Below are positions 27,016-37,293 of a DNA stretch of 43,359 nucleotides, one piece after another. The position numbers and the translations under genes were made by a program. Below the pieces are notes generated by a model. The model saw only the letters and a program-made list of their open reading frames with translations, was not told the DNA's origin and did no database searches. The first letter of the stretch is position 1, and every line of letters begins with the position of its first letter. Source of the DNA: an uncultured Chryseosolibacter sp. (GTDB lineage Bacteria > Bacteroidota > Bacteroidia > Cytophagales > Cyclobacteriaceae); assembly GCA_967728665.1 (NCBI GenBank), contig CBQWHS010000001.1, forward strand, positions 1 through 43,359, given 5' to 3'.

Positions 27016-28371
27016 ATGGTATCTCTCAAAAAATGTATGTGTTTCTCGCTCCTTTTGTATTTCTGCATTTCCGGCTACAGTCAGCCTTTGCAAACAACAA
27101 ACAAAGCGGAGCGCGTTGCATGGTTTCAGGATCTTGGCTTTGGCATGTTCATTCACTGGAATGTCGATGTGTCTTTAGGTGTTGTGATCAGCCACTCCCT
27201 GGCAGGTGCATCGGACGAGTATGTTGAGAAATACATCAAAGAATTGCCTCCGTTGTTTAATCCCAAAAAATTCAACCCTGAAGATTGGGCGAAGCTGGCC
27301 AGGATTGCCGGGATGAAATACGTGGTATTCACTACAAAACATCATTCAGGCTTTTGCATGTTCAACACGAAGACGACTCCGTTCAATGTGATGAATACAC
27401 CATTCAAGCGCGACATCACCAAAGAAGTGATCGAGGCCTTCCGCAAAGAAGGCATTGCTATCGGGCTTTACTTCTCGCCCGAAGACTTTTACTATTTGCA
27501 TCAGCAAAAGGTGCCGATCGGCAGACGACAGCATCCGCAGCATTTTCCTGTGAACAACTCCGGGCTGATGGAGTACGACAAAAAACAATTACAGGAACTG
27601 TTTACCAATTACGGCAAGATCGATATACTCTTTATTGACGGACCCGGTGACGGACTCCGTGAGTTTGCCTGGAAGCTCAATCCCGATGTGGTGATCACGC
27701 GTGATGTGATGACTACGCCTGAACAAAATACACCTGATAAACCATTGCCGCGTCCGTGGGAAGCTTGCTATACGATGGGCACCGACTGGCAGTACAAGCC
27801 GACCAATGATCCGCAGAAAAGCGGAACGGAGATCATCAACGAGCTCATCGAGATCCGCGCCAAAGGAGGAAATTTTTTGTTGAATGTTGGGCCCAAAGCT
27901 GATGGTGAGATCCAAATAGAACAACAGGCATTGCTGCAGGAAATCGGCCTTTGGAATTTTGCCAACGGTGAGTCTATTTATAAAGTAAAACCGTTACCGG
28001 TGATCGGTGAACAGAATGTGCTCTATACACAATCGAATGATAACAAGTACATATATGCGCACGTGCTTCGTCAAAGCGCTGATGACTGGAAGTTTGGTGA
28101 ACGCAAGGCTTTCGTCTTCACACATCTTCAGGGAAGCGAAAATACGAAAGTCAATGTGGTGGGATACAAAAGTGAACTTGTCGAATACCAGGAAAACTTC
28201 GATGCAAAATTATACGTCTCTCCTACTCCGATAGGTTTGGTTGTTAGCGCAGTCAACGGCCAACGTTTTTACACGAACAGACGCTGGCCCAATGCCGTAG
28301 TGCTGAGAATTGAAAATGCTACATTCCGCGAGAGCGGCTCAGCAAAAGAACTGATGGACGTAGAAAAGTAA
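27016..28371 (+). CDS. GH29 alpha-L-fucosidase, secreted
   Basis: Signal peptide; WFQDLGFGMFIHW, FNPEDWAK..AGMKYVVFTTKHHSGF, nucleophile region ILFIDG, WEACYTM and GGNFLLNVGP. Confidence 0.92.
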   Translation: MVSLKKCMCFSLLLYFCISGYSQPLQTTNKAERVAWFQDLGFGMFIHWNVDVSLGVVISHSLAGASDEYVEKYIKELPPLFNPKKFNPEDWAKLARIAGMKYVVFTTKHHSGFCMFNTKTTPFNVMNTPFKRDITKEVIEAFRKEGIAIGLYFSPEDFYYLHQQKVPIGRRQHPQHFPVNNSGLMEYDKKQLQELFTNYGKIDILFIDGPGDGLREFAWKLNPDVVITRDVMTTPEQNTPDKPLPRPWEACYTMGTDWQYKPTNDPQKSGTEIINELIEIRAKGGNFLLNVGPKADGEIQIEQQALLQEIGLWNFANGESIYKVKPLPVIGEQNVLYTQSNDNKYIYAHVLRQSADDWKFGERKAFVFTHLQGSENTKVNVVGYKSELVEYQENFDAKLYVSPTPIGLVVSAVNGQRFYTNRRWPNAVVLRIENATFRESGSAKELMDVEK

Positions 28372-28504
28372 ACCAGGTTCTTCATCGCCACTGGTAAATT
28401 TAAAGTGTCGTCGGAAACACGATAATGACTGCCAAACGGTCTTACGCATATCTTTATCAATCGGCCATATTTTATTAGCTTGGCGCTAAACAATAAACCT
28501 CTTC

Positions 28505-29410
28505 ATGAAACTCTTTATCTTGATTTTTTTCATCTGCGCTTCGCTTCTTTCCCTAGCGCAAACCAAGTGGGATTCAGTTCAAGTAACATCTGAAAAAATT
28601 ACCGACAACATTTACATGCTCAAGGGATCGGGAGGAAATATTGGAGTAATTACCGGTCCAGATGGCATTGTAATGATCGATGATCAGTTTCTTCCCCTTT
28701 CGACAAAAATTAAGGATGCCATTCAGGCACTGGATAATAATCCTATTCGTTTTACGATCAACACTCATATCCACGGCGACCATTCGGGTAGCAACGAATT
28801 TTTCAAGCGGTTGGGATCCGCTATTGTTGCACATGATGCAGTGCGGGAAAGGATGATGAAAGAACGAGTGGTGGATAAAGCCCAAAATCAGACCACACCT
28901 CCGCGCGATAAGGACGCGTGGCCAGCAGTGACATTTTCGGACAAACTGAATCTTCACCTGAATGGGCAGGATATCGAACTCATTCATTTTGGCGCAGCCC
29001 ACACAGACGGTGATGTGATCATTCACTTTAGTCAGGCTAATGTATTTCACATGGGCGATGTTTTTGTAACCTACGGATATCCTTACATCGACGACTCCAA
29101 TGGGGGCAACATCAACGGGATGATCGCTACACTCGACAAAGCAATGGCTTTAATGGATGACAATTCAAGAATAATTCCCGGACACGGCAACCTTTGCAGC
29201 AAAGTTGATGTAAAAAAATACAGGGACAGGCTTGCAAACATCCGCGACCAGGTGGCGGCTGCCTTGAAGAAGGGAAAAAAGGTTGAGGAAATCACAGGCC
29301 TTGGTATCACAAATCCATACGATGAAGAATGGGGCAAAGGAGGTATCAAAGGGAGAGATTTTGTGCTTGTAGTAGCGGAGGGTCTTAATGCAGGCGCAAG
29401 AAAAAAGTAA
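28505..29410 (+). CDS. Secreted MBL-fold metallo-hydrolase (cyclase-like)
   Basis: Signal peptide; NTHIHGDH, AHTDGD, HMGD and IIPGHG. Confidence 0.92.
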   Translation: MKLFILIFFICASLLSLAQTKWDSVQVTSEKITDNIYMLKGSGGNIGVITGPDGIVMIDDQFLPLSTKIKDAIQALDNNPIRFTINTHIHGDHSGSNEFFKRLGSAIVAHDAVRERMMKERVVDKAQNQTTPPRDKDAWPAVTFSDKLNLHLNGQDIELIHFGAAHTDGDVIIHFSQANVFHMGDVFVTYGYPYIDDSNGGNINGMIATLDKAMALMDDNSRIIPGHGNLCSKVDVKKYRDRLANIRDQVAAALKKGKKVEEITGLGITNPYDEEWGKGGIKGRDFVLVVAEGLNAGARKK

Positions 29411-29708
29411 GATCGAATTCAAGCGAGTTGTAATTTTATACTACATCGATCGATCCTTGACACAGCTCTTCTCAGACAACACCCACGAAAAATTGAATAG
29501 TTAAAAATGATAATTGGAACGAGCGCGTAATCTTCCTTCGCCAACAGCAACACGGTTGATAACTATAACGCACGTTAAGTTATTGATGACGCTTCGCATC
29601 ATTTCCCGATCTTATAGCACACCGACAATCGTTTGTAAGAGTTGGTGCCGCGGGAAATTCGGCTGATTACAAACATCGACTCTGGTGAGCGTTTCCAAAT
29701 CCATGCGC

Positions 29709-30509
29709 CTACTTATACTCAAGAGGCCGATAGATTTTCCAGGTACCATCGATGTAAATGAGATTTAGCTTTAGTCGAATTACAGACTTCGATTCGTTTT
29801 CAAAGCCGAGCACTAAAATAGGCTCTGAAAAAAATAGGTTTGTTTTGCTCGGAGACGGAGTGACATCTCCATATTCGATGGATAAGATTTTAACTACCTT
29901 ATTTCCGGCATGTTTTCTTCGCAGTCTACCAACGATCCATTTGTAATTCGCAGGAAGATTAAAGAATTCTACAACGCCTTTGGCATATTCAACCAGTTGC
30001 TTATCGCAGATTTGACTGCCTAAAAGTTCTTTATGCAGGGCTGTACCTTTCTTGCTAACAACGTACTCCCGGTATGCCAGGTAGCGTTCAAAAAAACTCT
30101 CTGTTAGCGGATGTTGCATATCCTTGATTGCTTTATGCACTTCTTTTAAAGTTGTTTCGTCCGATGTGTGAATTTGTACCAGGTCTTTTTCGCGAAGAAG
30201 TACTCTATTGTTTCTCACAAAGTAGCAATCAAAAGTATAGTCGCCGAGGAGGTCTACAAAGGTTTGATCTTTTTTACCAACTTCCAGCAGTGTATATACA
30301 AGCGCACCGCTCTTTTCGTTGCCATAGAGAAGTCTCACTTGGTCAGCTACCTCCTTGTAAGTAAAAAGCATGCTTAAATCAGTGGTATCAGCGCTGTTCA
30401 ATTTGCCGACAAAATTCTCAATGAATACCTTCAGTTTTTGTTCAGCAGGTTGAGAGAGAACTAGTGTTGAAAGAAGCAATTGAAAAACCAGCAGTGGGAT
30501 TACGCGCAT
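29709..30509 (-). CDS. Hypothetical secreted protein (266 aa)
   Basis: Sec signal MRVIPLLVFQLLLSTLVLSQ; fills the gap between neighbours; no family recognised. Confidence 0.7.
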   Translation of the reverse strand: MRVIPLLVFQLLLSTLVLSQPAEQKLKVFIENFVGKLNSADTTDLSMLFTYKEVADQVRLLYGNEKSGALVYTLLEVGKKDQTFVDLLGDYTFDCYFVRNNRVLLREKDLVQIHTSDETTLKEVHKAIKDMQHPLTESFFERYLAYREYVVSKKGTALHKELLGSQICDKQLVEYAKGVVEFFNLPANYKWIVGRLRRKHAGNKVVKILSIEYGDVTPSPSKTNLFFSEPILVLGFENESKSVIRLKLNLIYIDGTWKIYRPLEYK

Positions 30510-30634
30510 TCGTAATTTTATTATTTGGAAGGTGCAAAATATGGATATTACAAAAGATTACAAGTTGCACACAAAGGCTTCAACCTCGATTGCGTCTCCG
30601 TAAATATTACCCTAAATTTTTCTGCACTTCATTC

Positions 30635-30696
30635 AAAAGAGAAAAGGTGGGCATTCTTAAAATGACTAAAACAGTAACTCAGTCACAGGAATGCCC
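30635..30696 (-). terminator. Possible intrinsic terminator after the esterase gene
   Basis: Stem GGGCATTC (30649-30656) / GAATGCCC (30689-30696) with inner TGACT/AGTCA, followed on the minus strand by ACCTTTTCTCTTTT. Confidence 0.45.
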
Positions 30697-30747
30697 TGCT
30701 TAACGTTTATAATCTAGTAGCCGCTTTTACAATGTTGGAACAACTGT

Positions 30748-31887
<1,140 letters not shown>

Positions 31888-32019
31888 CTAAGGAATAGTT
31901 TAACTGTTAGTTGATCGATTTTTTTTTGCTTTATAGCATTTTGAAAAACCTGGTGCGGAAACTTTGTTACTCCCGCCAATTACTTTTTTTTCTTTTGATT
32001 GCATAGCTGGAGTAATCGC

Positions 32020-32856
32020 TTAAGCCACCGTGTTTGTGAGGGTGCCTATGGGGTTGATGGTGATGTGTATTACATCGTTTTTCTGCAACGTAAAATTATT
32101 GCCGGGAACAATTCCGGTGCCGGTCATGAGCATGCTACCATAAGGAAAACTGCATTCACGATACAGGAAAGAAACAAGGTCCTCAAACTTTCTTACGATT
32201 TGGTTAATAGCGACATTCCCTTCAAATACAATTTTTTCTTCGCGAAGAATTGCAAGGCTGATAATCGTTTCGGGCGAAAGTGGTTTGTCGGTCACATAGA
32301 TGCATGGCCCCAATGCCGTGGAGCCGTCATACGTTTTCGCCTGTGGAAGGTACAGCGGATTTTCGCCTTCTATACTCCGGGAACTCATGTCATTGCCAAT
32401 AGTATAGCCAACTATCTTCCCGTTTTTTGTAACCACAAGCGTCAACTCAGGCTCGGGAACATTCCAGGTTGAATCCTTCCTTATCCTGACTTTGCCATGA
32501 TGACCTACAACGCGGTGAGCTGTAGCTTTGAAAAATAATTCCGGTCTTTCCGCTTCATAAACACGCCCGTAAAAATCACCACCACCTGAATCCTTTGATT
32601 CCTCTTGTCTGCCTAGTTTGCTGCGATAATAAGTTACACCACTCGCCCAAACTTCCTGACTTTGGATCGGAGAAAGCAAATCGGTATTAACCAACGACGC
32701 TGCATGGTTATCTGGTTTTAGTTTGGAAATCGCAGACGTTATTTTTTGATGAAGTAAATCGTCATTGATGAACGTATCCCAGTTTTCATTTTTTAATGAG
32801 TAGAATAGGCCAGCATTCTCAACGACAATCGAAGACGGTGTTCTGAACAGACGCAT
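32020..32856 (-). CDS. FAH-family protein, 2-keto-3-deoxy-pentonate dehydratase-like (XylX/KdaD type)
   Basis: EVWASGVTYYRS, VYEAERPELFFK, NVPEPEL, GNDMSSRSIEGENPLYLPQAKTY and MTGTGIVP. Confidence 0.88.
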   Translation of the reverse strand: MRLFRTPSSIVVENAGLFYSLKNENWDTFINDDLLHQKITSAISKLKPDNHAASLVNTDLLSPIQSQEVWASGVTYYRSKLGRQEESKDSGGGDFYGRVYEAERPELFFKATAHRVVGHHGKVRIRKDSTWNVPEPELTLVVTKNGKIVGYTIGNDMSSRSIEGENPLYLPQAKTYDGSTALGPCIYVTDKPLSPETIISLAILREEKIVFEGNVAINQIVRKFEDLVSFLYRECSFPYGSMLMTGTGIVPGNNFTLQKNDVIHITINPIGTLTNTVA

Positions 32857-32901
32857 TTTAATATTTAGTTTCTAATTGAATAGGAATTTATACACCGCGT
32901 A

Positions 32902-34182
32902 TCACTCGAAAAAAGGAACTCCCGGTGCTGCATATTTTTTCATACCTTCTTCATTGACGTCTACGCCAATTCCAGGTTTTTCTAAAAGTGTAATGAACCC
33001 ATTCTCGACTTGTGTTCCTTCGAACGTAACGATCTCTTTATACATAGGATCCTTATGGAAATAAATTTGCCATTCAAGAACCATGAAATTAGGAACGGAC
33101 GCACAAACGTGGCATGATGCCATCGCGCCAAGGTAAGATGCTACCATGTGAGGCGCGAAAGGTACATAGTACAGATTTGCCAGGTTGGCGATGCGTTGGC
33201 CTTCTCCAAGTCCACCTGCTTTTTGAAGATCAGGCATAACAATATCTACAGCTCCGGTTTCGAGCATTTTTCTAAAACCATAAGCCAGATATATATTTTC
33301 GCCTGCACAGATCGGTGTGCTTGTCGAGTCGGAAATTATCTTGTAAGCATCAACGTTTTCTGCAGGGATTGGCTCCTCCAGCCACATGAGGTTCATGGGC
33401 TCCATTAGTTTTGCAACCTTTTGTCCAGTAGGTGCATCATATCTGCCGTGCATGTCGCAGCAAATATCAATGTTGGGTCCCACAGCTTCGCGTGCAGCTT
33501 TAACCTGGTCTACCATACGTTGTAATTCGCCCGGGCTTGCCGTCCAATTGTAGCGGTCATATTTGGCAGGATCAGTCGCCTGATCAAGGTCGAATTTGAT
33601 TGCATTGAAACCCATTTTTTTAGCCTCAAGCGCTGCATCAGCAAAGTCCTTCGGCTGAGGCTGTCTGTTCTGATATAATGCGGTATCGCAATACACACGA
33701 ATTTTATCTCTGAATTTTCCGCCGAGAAGCTGATAAACGGGAAGACCTAATGCTTTGCCTGCGACATCCCAAAGTGCAGTGTCGATAGCAGAAAGCGCAG
33801 CTATATACATGCCAGCTTGCGCGCCAGCAAACACACCTGACTTACGTATATCTTCAAAAAGTCTGTGAACATTCAAAGGGTTTTTCCCCTTTAATCCAAA
33901 CTCAAATCGCTTGATAAGATGATAAGAACCTGCAACAGCATCGACTCCTTCACCGTAGCCAGTTATACCTTGATTCGTAGTGATTTTTACGAATAAGCTA
34001 CCACCGTTTCTAGTAAAAGCACATTTAACGCTCTCGATTTTAAGATCAGCTGGTGCAGAAGACTTGGGAGTTCGATCTATAGCTGTCTCAAAAGTTTTTC
34101 CAAAAGTTGATGCGAGAGGAGCGAAGACTGCTCCTGCAGTGATTGCTTTCTTAAAAAAATCACGTCTTGATGATGAATTCAT
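32902..34182 (-). CDS. Mandelate racemase/enolase-superfamily sugar-acid dehydratase with Tat signal
   Basis: SRRDFFK twin-arginine leader; SAIDTALWD..GKALGLPVYQLLGG, KFDLD, metal ligands CDMH/LEEP/AGEN, and APH. Confidence 0.92.
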   Translation of the reverse strand: MNSSSRRDFFKKAITAGAVFAPLASTFGKTFETAIDRTPKSSAPADLKIESVKCAFTRNGGSLFVKITTNQGITGYGEGVDAVAGSYHLIKRFEFGLKGKNPLNVHRLFEDIRKSGVFAGAQAGMYIAALSAIDTALWDVAGKALGLPVYQLLGGKFRDKIRVYCDTALYQNRQPQPKDFADAALEAKKMGFNAIKFDLDQATDPAKYDRYNWTASPGELQRMVDQVKAAREAVGPNIDICCDMHGRYDAPTGQKVAKLMEPMNLMWLEEPIPAENVDAYKIISDSTSTPICAGENIYLAYGFRKMLETGAVDIVMPDLQKAGGLGEGQRIANLANLYYVPFAPHMVASYLGAMASCHVCASVPNFMVLEWQIYFHKDPMYKEIVTFEGTQVENGFITLLEKPGIGVDVNEEGMKKYAAPGVPFFE

Positions 34183-34208
34183 TGTATCTTATTTATTGGT
34201 TAAATTTT

Positions 34209-35183
34209 TTACCATGTGCGTTGTTTCAGGATTTCCTGTATCTGTTCTTTGGGAACAGGAAGTTCATTGATGTGAGCATTCAACCATTGTGAAAAATCTT
34301 TTTCTATATCGGCTGACCAGCGCGTATCTATCTGGCCCGCCGTATATTTTCCCTCCCTCAACCGTTGATGACCAAACATGTCTCTTAAGCGAACAATTTC
34401 TGAAGTGGTTACAACTCGCTCCGCTAAATGAGGAGGAACAAAAACAACGACACCCATCTTACCTAACACAACATCGCCCGGCATCACCGTAACGGTACGG
34501 ATACGCGTAGGTCGGTTGATACCAACAATCATTGTAGTCAAGTCCCTGTTTGACCCCATTCCCGGATTGTGATAGGATGGATCATAACTCGTGTAGAAGG
34601 AAGTGAAACGGCCAATTTCTTTCAGGCCTTCTACATCCCTCAACGCACCGTCATAGACAATGCCGTTGCCTGTTTTTGCATAAATCGCATTGCCTACATT
34701 ATCGCCGATAGTAGGTCCGTTTCTTTTTGCCCCGAACTGGTCTGCCACGTAGACATCACCTTTTACCAGCATTTCTACAGCCCAAACATTTTGAGCTCTT
34801 CTCCCCTGTTTTCTTCCGAGTGAATCAATTGCTTTCCACACATCAGGACGTCCGGGCATAAACGTGGCAGTCACTGCGCGGCCTACCAATACACTATCAG
34901 GATTAATGACTTCCCATCCCTCCGCGATCTGATACTTGTAACCAGCATTGCTCATGGTGGCCCATGCTTCTTCCACACTTACTGATTTCATTCTGCGCAT
35001 AATGTTATCGGGTACTTTCGGCCTGCCATCGGGAAAGCGCTCGCCTTTCCATTCGGGCGTCAAAAGTTTCAGTTCATCAGGTGAAAGGGAGATAAGATTC
35101 TCGGTTGATATCTGCTGCGCTTTTAACACAAGGCAGCCCAGCAGAATCGCGCAGATAAAGAATAATCGTAAATAGGTTAACAT
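34209..35183 (-). CDS. RraA/HMG-aldolase-like protein with Sec signal peptide
   Basis: Signal MLTYLRLFFICAILLGCLVLKA; RFPDGRPKVPD, LVGRAVT, GDN, YDGALRD and VMPGDVVLG. Confidence 0.85.
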   Translation of the reverse strand: MLTYLRLFFICAILLGCLVLKAQQISTENLISLSPDELKLLTPEWKGERFPDGRPKVPDNIMRRMKSVSVEEAWATMSNAGYKYQIAEGWEVINPDSVLVGRAVTATFMPGRPDVWKAIDSLGRKQGRRAQNVWAVEMLVKGDVYVADQFGAKRNGPTIGDNVGNAIYAKTGNGIVYDGALRDVEGLKEIGRFTSFYTSYDPSYHNPGMGSNRDLTTMIVGINRPTRIRTVTVMPGDVVLGKMGVVVFVPPHLAERVVTTSEIVRLRDMFGHQRLREGKYTAGQIDTRWSADIEKDFSQWLNAHINELPVPKEQIQEILKQRTW

Positions 35184-35187
35184 ACAG

Positions 35188-35331
35188 TTAGGAATTAGTA
35201 AAATTCAAGTTGTTTATGTGGTCTCGTCTTAATGCTAATGTTTCACTACTTCTTCGTCTACGGTATCCGAAAAGAAAAACTCCAGCCAAAAGAAATAAGA
35301 GTCTGGCCGTAAAGATTTCTGAAATTTGCAT
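35188..35331 (-). CDS. Possible 47-aa single-TM small protein
   Basis: Hand translation MQISEIFTARLLFLLAGVFLFGYRRRRSSETLALRRDHINNLNFTNS; stop lies 4 bp before the RraA-like ATG. Confidence 0.25.
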   Translation of the reverse strand: MQISEIFTARLLFLLAGVFLFGYRRRRSSETLALRRDHINNLNFTNS

Positions 35332-35549
35332 TGCCTTTAGTTAATGTTCACTGGTTACGCATGAGCAGCTCCCGTCAATCACGAAAAAGAAAGTGTTTGA
35401 GTGGACTGAGCGCCAACAGCGGTGTGATACTTTGAGTAAATCACATCGATGCTGGACGAGAATTTAAAAAACAAGCAACTTAAACGTGCCACCTTTTTTA
35501 TAGGTGGTAAATGTCTATGGAAAAAATTGATGGTTTATAAAGCTGCTTT

Positions 35550-35606
35550 GTGATGTAAAAAGAACGTCAGCGATTCTAAGAATTTACTGACTGTTCTTTT
35601 TATCAC
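35550..35606 (-). terminator. Hairpin, probable terminator or processing site after susD
   Basis: GTGAT..AAAAAGAAC.GTCAG..ATTC / GAAT..CTGAC.GTTCTTTTT.ATCAC imperfect inverted repeat with T-tracts on both strands. Confidence 0.55.
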
Positions 35607-35725
35607 GCTAAACCTAGTCTAAATTCAATCTTACACGGGGTGTCGTCCTCGCGCTCATGCTATCTCCGTTAGCAATTACTTATGCGATCTTCTATGTTAG
35701 TTTAGTTATAGATTTTTTTCCGTGC

Positions 35726-37288
35726 TTATGGTATGTCCCAAAATACTCTGCCTGTTAAATTATCACCGCCGATAGCATCAATTGCGGCAATATAATTCTG
35801 CGCATTTGACGAACCTTCAGCATCTGGATAAGACATGCGTCTGACAAAACCACCATTCAGTTTAGTGTTGTAAAGATTAGGGCTCAACGCTGGGTAGCCG
35901 CTTCTCCGGAAGTTGGCAAATGCTTCTGATCCATTTCTGAGATTCACTATCCAGTACTGTGTGTTGATTAACTTAAGTGCATCGGTCGCGTTGTAAGCAA
36001 CTCCAGCTGTGGCGATGTAAGCGAGGAATTCTGCATTGGAAATAGCTGTCGTGCCAGGATAGAACGTGTACACATCCATATCCGCCTTGATTGCGTTTTC
36101 GTAATAAGTCTGAGCAGAACCACTGACCCAGCCTCGATAGGCTGCCTCTGCTAAGAGCAAAGAAGTTTGCGCGTAGGTAACATAGAAATCAGGGGCGGCA
36201 GGAGACGCCACTTTCCATACATTCATCTGTGAATAATTAAGACCTGTTCCGCGAGCACCCCTATAAGCACCTCCAGCCGCAAGCGTTACATTCGTTACGC
36301 CAATAGGAACACCAAACTGATTAGCTAAATTTGTATCCGGATTTGCTTCGTTTGAAACAGCGCCTGGATCTGTAAAAGTTGCCAGAATAAATTTTCCCCG
36401 TGGATCATTAGTTGTCTTCAGCTGATCTACAAATGGTGCGGCAGCATAATTAAAATGAGAGAAGTTTCTCAAGTTATTGTTTTCGGTTTGCGTATTTAAT
36501 GTTCCATCGTATTTGACGAAAGCATTATCAGCATTTGAAGTCATGACGCCACCGGCAAATGCTTCTCCAACAATAGACTGAGCTTTAGAAGGATTAATTT
36601 TAGTATAACGCATTCCCAATCTTAATAACAGAGAGTTACCTAACTTTTTCCACTTTGCTACTTGATCTACAGCAGTGGTGGTTTTGGTTGATTGCATCGC
36701 GTTCGTACCATAAAAAAGGTCTGCAGAAACAAAGTCTGCATCGGGGTTCAATGCAGCTACTGCTTCCTTCAACTCCTTGTACAGATCTTCATAGATGAGA
36801 GCGTCATCGTCATATTTAGGATAGAAATACAGATCATTTCTTTCTAGGCCTTTGCCAGCGTCAAAGTAGGGAACATCTCCATACTCGTCCACCAGCCCCA
36901 TAAATATTTGGGCCTTCCATATACGGAGCATGCTCATTAAGTTTACGCGTTCGGTATTCGGGCCTAACAATGTCATTGCTTGTAAAATGTTTCTGACAGG
37001 TCCCGGGTAGGATTGGTCCCATTTTGGAGTACTGATACCATCGATGTTTTCATTGAAATTAAAACCGAGTGTAGCCCCCTGGTTATACGGGTTTACGAAA
37101 TGCTGAACAATTGTATGTTCTGCGGCCCAGGTTCCGAGGTGAGAGCGTTCAGCCCCCGCAAGTAAAAGAGAGGGATCAACTTGTACTACCGAATACGGGT
37201 TTGTATTTATCTTCTCAAAATCCTCATCACACCCAACAGCAAAGAGAAGGGTGATGCATATAAGTATGTAATGCTTCATTGTCTTCAT
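35726..37288 (-). CDS. susD: SusD/RagB-family outer-membrane lipoprotein
   Basis: Lipobox FAVG-CDEDFEKINTNP, YGDVPYFDA, PKYD, KWKKLGNSLLLRLGMR, EAFANFRRSGYP, RRMSYP and RVFWD. Confidence 0.95.
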   Translation of the reverse strand: MKTMKHYILICITLLFAVGCDEDFEKINTNPYSVVQVDPSLLLAGAERSHLGTWAAEHTIVQHFVNPYNQGATLGFNFNENIDGISTPKWDQSYPGPVRNILQAMTLLGPNTERVNLMSMLRIWKAQIFMGLVDEYGDVPYFDAGKGLERNDLYFYPKYDDDALIYEDLYKELKEAVAALNPDADFVSADLFYGTNAMQSTKTTTAVDQVAKWKKLGNSLLLRLGMRYTKINPSKAQSIVGEAFAGGVMTSNADNAFVKYDGTLNTQTENNNLRNFSHFNYAAAPFVDQLKTTNDPRGKFILATFTDPGAVSNEANPDTNLANQFGVPIGVTNVTLAAGGAYRGARGTGLNYSQMNVWKVASPAAPDFYVTYAQTSLLLAEAAYRGWVSGSAQTYYENAIKADMDVYTFYPGTTAISNAEFLAYIATAGVAYNATDALKLINTQYWIVNLRNGSEAFANFRRSGYPALSPNLYNTKLNGGFVRRMSYPDAEGSSNAQNYIAAIDAIGGDNLTGRVFWDIP

Positions 37289-37293
37289 AGTTT

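Noticed and set aside
28505-29410. MBL-fold gene as a beta-lactam resistance gene
   Set aside because: HxHxDH is shared by the whole superfamily. The sequence looks like the widespread cyclase-like group, with no specific evidence of beta-lactamase activity.
31918-31996. Poly-T tracts upstream of the esterase as phase-variation sites
   Set aside because: Intergenic 9-10 nt runs in an AT-rich spacer are unremarkable without population data.
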